Source: Raja brachyura (taxonomy: Eukaryota). Taken from it: a stretch of 64,000 bases of DNA. Shown one piece after another: positions 1 to 9,669 of the stretch (position 1 is its first letter; each line of letters opens with the position of its first letter). A program made the position numbers and the translations under genes. Where the stretch lies: assembly GCA_963514005.1 (NCBI GenBank), contig OY740783.1:129146001-129210000 (forward strand). Reading direction: 5' to 3'. The notes beneath the pieces were generated by a model. That model made no database searches. It had not been told where the DNA came from and worked only from the letters and a program-made list of their open reading frames with translations.

Positions 1-790
1 ACCAGAGTCCTAGGTTCGGTCCTGACTACAGGCGCTTGTTTCTACGGAGTTTGTATATTCTCCCGTGACCTGCGTGGGTTTACTCCGGGATCTGGTCTCC
101 AAATCTGAGGAAGGACATTATTGCCATAGAGGGAGTGCAGAGAAGGTTCACCAGACTGATTCCTGGGATGTCAGGACTGTCTTATGAACAAAGACTGCAT
201 AGACTCGGTTTATACTCTCTAGAATTTAGGAGATTGAGAGGCGATCTTATAGAAACTTACAAAATTCTTAAGGGGTTGGACAGGCTAGATGCAGGAAGAT
301 TGTTCCCGATGTTGGGGAGGTCCAGGACAAGGGGTCACAGCTTAAGGATAAGGGGGAAATCCTTTAGGACCGAGATGAGAAGGACTTTTTTCACACAGAG
401 TGTGGTGGGTCTCTGGAACTCTCTGCCACAGAGGGTAGTTGAGGCCAGTTCATTGGCTATGTTTAAGAGGGAGTTAGATGTGGCCCTTGTGGCTAAGGGG
501 ATCAGGGGGTATGGGGAGAGGGCAGGTACGGGATACTGAGTTGGATGATCAGCCATGATCATATTGAATGGCGGTGCAGGCTCGAAGGGCCGAATGGCCT
601 ACTCCTGCACCTAATTTCTATGTTTCTATCTCTGATTCCTCCCACATTCCAAAGATGTACAGGTTTGTAGGCTGATTGGCTTTGCACAATTCTAAATTGT
701 TCCTAGTGTTTACGATTGTGTTAATCTGCAGCCATCACTGGCCAGCACAAACCCAGTGGGCTGAAGGGCGATTCCACTTCTAAACGAAAC
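1..790 (+). mobile_element. V-SINE/HE1-type tRNA-derived SINE, split by a CR1 insertion (91-629)
   Basis: B-box-like GGTTCGGTCC and V-domain GGAGTTTGTATATTCTCCCGTGACCTGCGTGGGTTT at 1-90; the SINE resumes at ~630 (TTCCTCCCACATTCCAAAGATGTACAGG...) and ends ~790. Confidence 0.75.
91..629 (+). mobile_element. 5'-truncated CR1-clade (HER1-like) LINE, ORF2 C-terminus plus 3' tail
   Basis: ORF 135-539 QRRFTRLIPG..LGLYSLEFRRLRGDLIETYKI..RTRGH..LWNSLP; 3' stem GGGCCGAATGGCCT and (TTTCTATG)n tail. Confidence 0.92.
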
Positions 791-1269
791 CAGTCCAAAA
801 TGGTGCTTATTTTTGTGCACCCTGGTTGTGGACTCATCCAGACTGTAGAAACATTCGTCCCTTTTATACGAATCAGTAGGATTGTCTCTCATTCCTCCAA
901 ACATTAGAGAATTCAACCCAAGTCTCCTCCACCAGTTCATCAGTGGTAAACCCACCATCTCAGGGATTTGCCTGGTGAAATAAAAACAGAAAATGCTGGA
1001 ATAACTCACTGGGTTAGGCAGCCTCAGAAATAAAATGTTAACTGCTTTGCTTTCCACAGCTGCAACCTGATCCGTGGATCTTTTGCAGCATCTTCTGTTT
1101 TTAAAGGAAAAATCTGAATAGCATTAGAGCAAGATAAAGTCCGATCAAAGATATTCCGAGGGTCTCCAATGGTGCAGATAGTAGATCAAGATTATTCTCT
1201 AGTTGTTGGTAGGATGGTTCAGTTTGCCCGAAAACAGCTGGGAAGAAATCTGGCAGTGTGCGTTTTCTG

Positions 1270-1480
1270 TCCCTGAATCTGGCTGTGTGCTTTTTCACAC
1301 TTCTATGCTTCTTACCTGATGGAAGAGGGGAGAAGAGGGTGTGATTATGCTGGTGGGCTTGCCATGGCAGAGTGAGGTGTAAGTGAACTCAATGGAAAGG
1401 AGGTTGGTTTGTGTGGTGGTCTGCGCTGCATCCACAATTCTCTGCAATTTACTGTGGTCTTGGATGGAGCTGTTCCAAAA
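1270..1480 (-). mobile_element. Rex1/Babar LINE 3' fragment
   Basis: Minus-strand QDHSKLQRIVDAAQTTTQTNL resembles the Rex1 ORF end seen at 20131-20403 and 46330. Confidence 0.65.
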
Positions 1481-2559
1481 ATATGCTGTATTTTTCTCAT
1501 TAAGACCAACAAAATGACACTTCACATGTCGTCCAACCAAAGCCCAATATAATTGCAGTACCTCATCTTTATTCTCGGACACGCATCCTTTCATAATGAA
1601 GGCAAGCATGCAATTTGCCATCCTAATTGCTTGCTGAACCTACATATTACTTTTCAGTGACATTTACAAACATCTAAATTACTTTGAATAACATTTCCCA
1701 ATCAATCAGTTAAAAAAAAACATTTCCTTGTTTTTAATGGTTCAGTGATGCTTTTATTGTCACATGTGCAAAGTGCAAACGATCAGTGAAATTATTTTCT
1801 TACAAACAGTCCAGTAGAGCATTGTCAGACGTAAGCACATCCACGGTTATCAAATTGTACAGAAATAGTCTACTGATCCCACATGGAAGACGTGCCATGT
1901 TTTAGCGCCACTTTGAGAGTCCAGTCCACTCCAGTATTATGAGCAGTGTATGTTCCAGGTGAGCCCGAGGCTCCTTCAGGGCTCCAGCCGTCACCTTCCC
2001 TTGGACGTGCGGATTGACCAGCGACCCGAGGTTCCTTTCCTCGCCCGTCCACCTTTGTTTCCCGGGGGAGCTTCCCACAGCCATCGTCGAGGGCACGGTA
2101 GGCCAGACCCCAGTTCCCTCTCCTCTCACACCGGCCTCGCAATCTGCATTGGCGGCTGTTCTACCCACCCAGTTTCTGGTCTTCGGGAGATGAGCACGAG
2201 TCTGCTTGAGGGACTCCCCTTCCATGCCATAGTCTACTGGGTCTTGTGTTTAGCCGGAAGGAGGGGGGGGGGGGGGGGGGGGGGGGCACCTGTTCAGTGG
2301 CTACCCCCTAGGTGCTCTGGGAGCTTTTGTGTGCTACGTTGGCTAACCTCACATTCCTTCTCATTATATCCATCACCCACTCATGAAACACAGAACAGTA
2401 CAGCAACAGTATATCTCCTCTGCCTACATATGATCCATATCCCTCTAAACCCTCTTAAACGGCACTGTCATATCTGCCTCCATAACCACCACTGACAGCG
2501 GGATCCAGTCATCCATCACTTTCTCTCTAAAGTAATGCCCCACACATCTCCATTGCGTT

Positions 2560-3120
2560 CAGAAATATATGCTAGCCTTCATTACGAGAATGATTGGGTT
2601 AAGATATGAGGAGTGCTTGAAGGCTCTGTGTCTGCATTCGCAGGAATTTAGAAGGATGAGGGGACATGCCATTGAAACTGACTGGATACTGAAAAGCCTA
2701 GAGAGAGTGGATGTGGAAAGGGTGTTTCCAGTAATGGGAGTCTAGAACCAGAGGGCACAGGCTCAGAATAAAAGGACCTACCTTCAGAATGGAGACATTG
2801 AATTCCTTTAACCAGAGGGTGGTGAATCTTTGGACTTCATTGCCCCAAACGGCTGTGGAGGCCAAGATATTTTTAAAGCAGAGGTTGACAGATTCTTGAT
2901 TAGTCATGGTCAAAGGTTATGAGGAGAAGGCAGGAAAATTGTGCTGGGAGGGAAATATAGATCAGCCATGATTGCTTTTCCTTAAGCTGTCACGCTAGTT
3001 CCGGCCTGTTTATTCCTTCACTCTGCTATGTCTCTAAAAAAAATAAAGATCAGCCATGATTGAATGGCAGTGTAGACTCGATGGGCTGAATGGCCTAATT
3101 CTGCACTTATATCTTATAGT
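2560..3120 (+). mobile_element. Decayed CR1 LINE 3' fragment
   Basis: GGGGAGTCTAGAACCAGAGGGCACAG, CAGAGGGTGGTGAATCTTTGG and the GATCAGCCATGATTGAATGG..GGCTGAATGGCCTAATTCTG tail. Confidence 0.8.
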
Positions 3121-3264
3121 CTTTAAGCTTTGCCCCTCTTACTTAAAACCATGCCATCTAGTCTTTGATATTTCCACTATGGGGACAAAGTTTTACTTAT
3201 CTACTCAATCAATGCCTCGCATACCTTTACATACTCATTTAACTTGATTATATTCCCTTTGCAT

Positions 3265-6200
3265 CAGGGCTGTGGAGTCGATACCCAAAACATCCGACTC
3301 CGACTCCTTGGTTTCTTGTGTATCTGACTCCGACTCTGATCCTTAGGTATAATAATTCTAAATCTGCTATGACGACATTAGACAAGATGGCATTCCATCA
3401 GAACTACATGAGTCATCAGGCTACCTTTTAAACCCATGTCCTTAAAGTTTTGAGTCTAATGGTTTTAGCTATGCTATTGTGGCTTTTTTATTGTTTATTC
3501 TTGAAAAAAACCCATTATTAATGATGCTAAAAGAAACAAAAAATACATATAAGCATGACAAATTTAAAATTCCATGGAATTAATAAAAAATTATATAAGG
3601 ATTACTCCAAAAATTATTCAACTAAGGCCACAGGTATGAGCTAAATGGCTAAATTCTGACAAAAAAAATCTCAAATGCAATAGAAATGAAAACTAAATGC
3701 ATAGGTCGATAGGTTTACTACAAAAGTACATACCTAAAATGTATTAATAACTTGTCCTTAGGAACAGAATTGCTTCTGCCAGATCCTCTTTCATTCCAGC
3801 CCTTAAATCTGATTTAATTATTTTCAGTATGGAAAACAGTCTCTCCACGCTGACCTGAGTGGGTGTTATGGTTGTCACAATCATAGCTTCAAATTATACT
3901 ACTTCTGGATAAGCAGGGATGACTTCTTGTACTGTAAATTTAGATGAGCGATCATATTTCTCTACTTCTTTTAAACCACCAAGAAAATCTTCCTTAAATT
4001 CCATTCGTTTAACATCAAAAGACTGCCTTTGCACGTTTAAACGGGGACTCTTTGCTCCCTACTATTCAATTTTATCTAAATATTTTGCAAAATCTGACTC
4101 TTCATCATTTGTAGAGGATGAGAGGATTTGGTACTCCCATCTTCATTTTGTGGTTCTGACTTTTCAGGTAGTACCCCTGTTATCACAGAGGGCCTCTTTT
4201 GCTATAGCAATTTCATCTTTGCTCAACAAGATTCGGTTCATTGGATCCACGAAGACAGCAGCTAACAAGATCTGATTTTCAAGTAGCAGACCTCTTTTCT
4301 TCATCAACGATACCATTCCTTCAGCAATTACTCCTCCAGCTTTGGATAGGTGAAATATTAAAATGTTCCAATCCCATAGGAATGTACCAGGAGTTAAATC
4401 CTCTGCTTGCAGCTTTTTGGTGACTGCATATGGGTGAGCAAGCAGAGCTTGTAATTGTGATACCAACCTCCATTGACTTTTAGTCAGTAAGACACTGGGA
4501 TTATCAATGTCATCTAGAACGGTTTTTAGGTCAAGCAAATGCTTAACCATCATATATGTGCTGCCCCAGGGAGTTGCTTGGTCCAAATTAGCTCATTCCT
4601 GCATTCCTCAGGATAGCATCAATATTAGAGGTCCTGGCTGCTGTGGCTACTTGCCTCATCTTACCTATCAGAGTAGCTGCATGGCGTTCTTTCAATCCAT
4701 CTCTTATTGCTAGTGGCAATGTATGTACTGCACAACGCATATGTTGGAGAAGACAAAGCTGAGATGCCTCCTCAAGAATATCATCTGAAGTTTCATCATT
4801 CTGTTCTATTTTTGCTGTTTCATTTTCAGAATCTGCATCAGAGATCTCCCTTTCAATAGTGTATTTTTCTTCTTCAACTTTAGTAATCTTTTTATTGTGC
4901 TTAGCATATTTGAAGCATTATCAGCGACGATGCATAGAATCTGGCCTTTCTTAATTTCAAAATCTTTCAAATTGTTTTCCACTAAGTTCTGAAGATAAAT
5001 GCTCTCATGGTGGCCTTCATCTCCGTTACTCCTAATGTCTGAGTTTCTATTTTAATGTTTTCATCAACATTGATGACAAAATAGTTAACTCTGAGACGAG
5101 CGGTGGCATCCATTTTAATGAACATGAACCGCCCCTTAAGTTTTTCGAAACTTTTCCTTTTCATTCTTGGCTACTTCAAGTATAAGTTTTCTGATAATCT
5201 CCCTTGCCAAAGAAACTCCTAGTTTCTTAGCCATTTCTCCATTTAAGCCTAGAAAGGCTGGTTTTGAAAATTCCTTGTAGGTGAACATACTTGGCCAATA
5301 AACTCATTCATTCATTCATATTCATTCATAAAGTTAAGGCTACACCATTCTGTGGGCATTGTTACAGGTAGTTTGTCTGTAGCAATGAACCTTGTAAGTG
5401 GTGCTTGTCTGGGTTGCCCCTCAGGAGATTTGTTTTTTTACTGACTTTAATGTAGTTGTAAGATTTTTATTGGCCCTTGTATCTTTCTCATTTACAACCT
5501 AAAATTTTAGGGTGGAAATGTTGCAAATGTCTTTTTGAAATTTGAAGCTTTTGTTGGAGCATTTTTATCAGAGCCAGAGAAACAACTGAGTTTTGTTTCA
5601 CACAATCATTCACCATCATCATCTTCTATCATACACTGACACACAAAATGTTTTTCATCTGTAGTTATTGTAAAATATTCAAAAAATATGATCTTTTATA
5701 TATCACAAAATACCGGGTTAAAGTACAGTAAATACTGTAGGAAGAACTGACATACTTACTTACCTGTACTATCTCACTTTAGTAGTCTCTATTCATTGGT
5801 AATAAATAATGAGGAAACTTGTTTTAAGGGATTGGGGGCGAGTCGAGCGGACGCAGCCCCCCCCCCCCCCCAGTTAGTTTAGGTTAATGGGGGGGGGGGG
5901 GGGACCAAGGGAACGCAGCCCCCTGTTAGTTTAGGTTAGCCGGTGTTTACTATACTTTTACCTAAATGAGCCTTAACCTTTCTTTTCCTTCATTACCCAA
6001 CCCCTTACTAACCCAGAATATTGTGTCAAGCATCCCACTGAAAGTAGACATTATGGTTTGTATTGACGAAAAATTACCAAATTCTTTGCCGCTTTGCCAA
6101 GACTGGTGCTTACTGCTGTTGAGAAGGAATTCATCATCACCGACAAATTATTTCGCAGTAAATCACGAAAATTCGTAATCTGCATTAATTTGTAATATAT

Positions 6201-6507
6201 TAACCCATAAGTGAATGACTAAATTCACCTTTTGAATTCAGAAATGATCCAGACATGTGCACTCAGTAGCAGGTGGAGGGAAATCAGCAGGTGATGGCGT
6301 TTGTTTACGTGGTGTTTCTCGTCGTTCTGCCGCCAGATGGCAGTGCCGATGTGATTTCTCATTCTCTCGGGTGGAAACAGTGTGCGGTTTGTTTAAAAAG
6401 CGGGATTTTTTCCGATTTATGTCGTCTCTGAAATTCATGTTGAGGTCGGATTTGGAGTCCGACTCCAGCAGCACCAAAATTACTCCGACTCAGACTCGAC
6501 GGCCCTG
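3265..6507 (-). mobile_element. Full-length, inactivated hAT DNA transposon
   Basis: Imperfect 15-bp TIRs (CAGGGCTGTGGAGTC at 3265; GACTCGACGGCCCTG ending 6507); perfect 8-bp TSD CTTTGCAT (3257-3264 and 6508-6515); subterminal GACTCC repeats; transposase remnants inside. Confidence 0.93.
3744..5700 (-). pseudogene. hAT transposase pseudogene (frameshifted)
   Basis: Fragments in order: BED-finger-like FEYFTIT..HFVCQC (~5690-5630); FIKMDATAR (catalytic D); CAVHT.PL; DQATPWGSTYMMV (the T/RWxS motif); LLAAVFVDP; dimerisation motif PTQVSVERLFSILKIIKSDLR, stop at 3744. Confidence 0.85.
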
Positions 6508-6764
6508 CTTTGCATGCTCCCCCGTTATCACAATCCTGCATACTTTTGTATCAGGAAGGTTGGAACAACGACATTTGCTACCATCAAATTGTTAACATGG
6601 TGAATAGCTGAGGCGGAAATCGCTGGTCCTTCCTTTAACTGCCTTGCTAGTTCCATGCTGTTTATTCCCTCACTCTGCTCTGTCTCTTAAAAAAATTCTG
6701 TGGATCCATCCTATTTCCCCTCAACATCTTTGCACTGCATCCATCTGTTCTGTCCCACTCACGT

Positions 6765-6965
6765 GTAGGAAGGAACTGCAGATGCCAGTTTACACCGAGG
6801 ATGGACATAAAATGCTGAAGTAACTCCGCAGGTCAGGCATCATCACTGAAGAAAATGAATAGGTGACACAAGATGGGTCTCTACCCAAAACATCACCTAT
6901 TGCTTTTCTCCAGACACACTACCTGAGCAGCTGAGTTACTCCAGCATTTTGTGACTATCTCCTTC
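6765..6965. mobile_element. Penelope-tail-derived short element, inverted (fold-back) pair
   Basis: AAAATGCTGAAGTAACTC..AATAGGTGAC followed by its complement CATCACCTATT..GAGTTACTCCAGCATTTTG; similar to the PLE tail at 29118-29400. Confidence 0.7.
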
Positions 6966-7317
6966 ATAATTGTAGACACCTCTATACCCCTCCGATTCCT
7001 GTGCTCCAAGAAGGCAGTCTGTGTCTGCCCCAGGAGGGTGTGATGGGATGGTGTAGTGGGATCTTCAATTTGTGTCTGATTCTTTTTTTTTTAAATATAC
7101 AAATACTTTTATTCAGAAAATAAAAACAAACATACAGAGTATTAACACAATCAGAGTCTTCCTATATTGAGTTTACAAACAAAGTCATCCCTGGGAGTGT
7201 GTGATGGGACGGTGTGGTGGGATCTTCACGCTATGTCTGACCCTTTTTTATTATATAAATACTTTTATTCAAAAAATAAAAATACACAGTATTAACACAA
7301 TCAAAGCCTGCCTATGT

Positions 7318-7490
7318 CAGTGGTTCTTAACCTTTTTGGCACCAGTACGTGCATACGCAAACAAAATACTGTTTGTGGTATGTACCTTTGTTAGGTTCCT
7401 AAACATGAGCTCAACAAATTGATATGTTATGCTTGTCCCCTTCATGACTCCCGGCAAAGCCGCAAACAACCCCCAAGTGAAGAACCACTG
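7318..7490. mobile_element. hAT (Charlie-like) MITE nested in the Tx1 3' UTR
   Basis: TIRs CAGTGGTTCTT / AAGAACCACTG; degenerate flanks GCCTATGT / GCCTGTTG. Confidence 0.7.
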
Positions 7491-7739
7491 GCCTGTTGAC
7501 AAAAATACAATAATCAGATTACATGGCCAACTTTATCAGCGAAACACTCTACCTCCTGCGGCGACCAGCGTTCACGGAATGTCTCCAAATTCCCCCTCCA
7601 GGGACACGCGGGCACAGATATAGGCCCGGAAAAGGGGCAGATAGGCAGGCAGCCAAGCCTGGTGCAGCCGTCGACTACCCGCTGCCTGGACCCTCGAATG
7701 GCCATCTTGGCCAGGCCCAGGAGCAGATAGACAGGGAGA

Positions 7740-8230
7740 TGCCCCCCTCCCCTCCCATCTCTCTCCCCCTCCCCTCCTCTCTCTCCCCCCCTCCCCTCCC
7801 ATCTCTCTCCCCCCCTCCCCTCCCATCTCTCTCCCCCTCCCCCCCTCCCATCTCTCTCCCCCTCCCCCCATCTCTCTCCCCCTCCCCTCCCATCTCTCTC
7901 CCCCTCCTCCATCTCTCTCTCTCCCCCTCCCCCCCATCTCTCTCCCCCCTCCCCCATCTCTCTCCCCCTCCCCTCTCCCCCCCTCCATCTCTCTCCCCCC
8001 TCCCCCCCCCCTCTCCCCCCCCTCCATCTCTCTCCCCCCTCCCCCCCATCTCTCTCCCCCCTCCCCCCCATCTCTCTCCCCCCTCCCCTCTCTCTCCCCC
8101 CCTCCCCTCTCTCTCCCCCCCTCCCCTCTCTCTCCCCCCCTCCCCTCTCTCTCCCCCCCTCCCCCCCCATCTCTCTCCCCCCTCCCCCCCATCTCTCTCC
8201 CCCTCCCCTCTCCTCTTCCCTTCCCCCTTC
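7740..8230. repeat. Polypyrimidine/polypurine minisatellite, ~20-bp unit (CCCCATCTCTCTCCCCCCTC)
   Basis: ~490 bp of almost pure C/T on the + strand. Confidence 0.95.
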
Positions 8231-8397
8231 CTCTACCGGGTGCCCAAATATCAGGAGTGTGGGGTTAAAATGTAGCCAAAACTTGAGTAACAGAGTCTGC
8301 CGCTGGGAGTGTGTGTGTGTGTGATGGGATGGGTCGTGTAGTTGGAGCTTCACCCTGCCTGTATCTAACCCTGTTCTCCCCCTTCCCTCTCCCCCAG

Positions 8398-9587
8398 GGA
8401 GCGGCGGCGGCGGCGAGTGCCGGGAGGCGGCGAGGAGGAGGAGGAGGAGGGACGGCGGTGGCGGTGGCGGTGGTGGCGGCGGCAGCGGGGGCGGCCTGTC
8501 CCCCGGGCCCAGCCCCGGCCTGTCCCCCGGGCCCAGCCCCGGCCTGTCCAACAGCCTGCGGGTTCAGTACGAGCCGCGCCTGTCCCGCAGCCACTCGGAC
8601 ATGCTGTCTCCGCCGCTGCTGCCGCCGCCGCCGCCGCCGCCGGCCGAGCTGGGGTCCCGCGTCAACCCTTTCTCGGGCCGGGACGACCTGAAGGGCGGCA
8701 AGACCAAGCTGTACGACTCGCCCAGCAAGTCGGTGATCTCGCTGAGCTTCGAGCTGCCGCTGCCGCCCTCGGCCGCCTGCCATGCCCGCCGCCGCCGCCG
8801 CCGCCTGCCCGCCAGCCCGGAGCCGCTGCTGCTGCTGCCCGCCCGCGGCCTCCCTGCGCTGCTGCTGCCCGCGCCCCGCCGCCGCTGCCGCTCGCTGCCC
8901 ACCTCGCCCGTGCTCCGGCGCGGCTCGCCCTTCTTCCGCCTGGAGCGGGAGACAGAGACGGAGACGGCCGACCGCAGCGACAGCGACGACGAGGAGGAGG
9001 ATGATGTAGAGCGGCCGGAGCGCTCAGGAGAGGCCGAGGCCGCCGGCGACGACGACGGCAACGACGACTCTGCGAGGGTGAGCGAACCCGGCGCCGGTTC
9101 TCCCGAGCATGCGCACACGGCGGCGGCCGGCACCCCAGCCGGCGGGTGGTCGTGCAGTGCGCACGCGTCGGCGACGGACGCCGGCCCGCCGATGGACAGT
9201 GCGCAGGCGCCGGCCACCCCCGCCAGCAACCCGGTGGCAACGGCCGGCCCTGGAGCGACCGGACTGTCGAGTAGTGCGCAGGCGCCGCCGGCAGCGGCCG
9301 GCTTGGCGGACATTGCGCAGGTGTCGACGATCGACGTGCCTGCCGCTGGGCGGGGCGAGGCCGCGCAGGCGCCGGAGCCGGAGCCGCCGGCCTGCGATGG
9401 CGGGCAGGATCCAGAGGAGGCGCTGCCGTGCACCGGCTGCTGCCTCGGCGGCTTCGCCTTCTTCCCGCCCGTCTGCCTGCGGCCCGCCGCCGCCGCCGCC
9501 GCCACCAGGCCCGCCCGCTACCGCAGCCTCAGCCTCAGCCTCAGCTGCGAGTCCGAGCAGGGCCCGCGGCACATCCCGCAGGCCTAG
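8398..9587 (+). CDS. TESK1: Dual-specificity testis-specific protein kinase 1, last coding exon (C-terminal non-catalytic region)
   Basis: Branch point TCTAAC (8364-8369), pyrimidine tract and AG (8396-8397). Open frame encoding EPRLSRSHSD, RVNPFSGRDDLKGGKTKLYDSPSKSVISL, RRCRSLPTSP (14-3-3 site) and EEALPCTGCCLGGFAF..ARYRSL..CE, which match TESK1 motifs (the C-terminal PCxGCCLG..ARYR block is TESK1-type). TAG at 9585-9587. Kinase exons were not found in the window. Confidence 0.9.
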
Positions 9588-9669
9588 CCGAGGCCCGGAG
9601 AAAGATGCTGCTCCACTGGAGATCCCCATCACCCTCTTCCCCACAACATCACCATGATGGCGACAATTC

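Larger units (their letters stand above)
7244..8300 (-). mobile_element. 5'-truncated Tx1-clade LINE (ORF2 end, 3' UTR, A tail)
   Basis: Minus-strand LLLKFWLHFNPTLLIFGHPV..[GA tract]..LLLGLAKMAIRGSRQR..LFRAYICARVSLE..TFRERWSPQEVECF stop 7514; AT-rich UTR with AATAAA and T-run at 7244; a second shorter UTR-only copy at 7081-7188. Confidence 0.8.
7021..8371 (+). repeat. Three units of a ~52-bp repeat (GGGAGTGTGTGATGGGACGGTGTRGxGGGAxCTTCACxCTRTGTCTGACCC) separated by LINE insertions
   Basis: Units at ~7030-7080, ~7190-7243 and ~8303-8371. Confidence 0.75.

Noticed and set aside
2262-2287. Long G or C homopolymers (also 5889, 14075, 29474, 31916, 47348, 55403, 63434)
   Set aside because: Simple mononucleotide runs inside repeats; lengths may be sequencing-dependent and there is no specific evidence of function.
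7523-8275. 250-aa plus-strand ORF with RRPAFTECL, superficially like a kinase subdomain XI exon of TESK1
   Set aside because: It is the antisense of the Tx1 ORF2 end plus the CT tract, with no proper splice sites or further kinase similarity.
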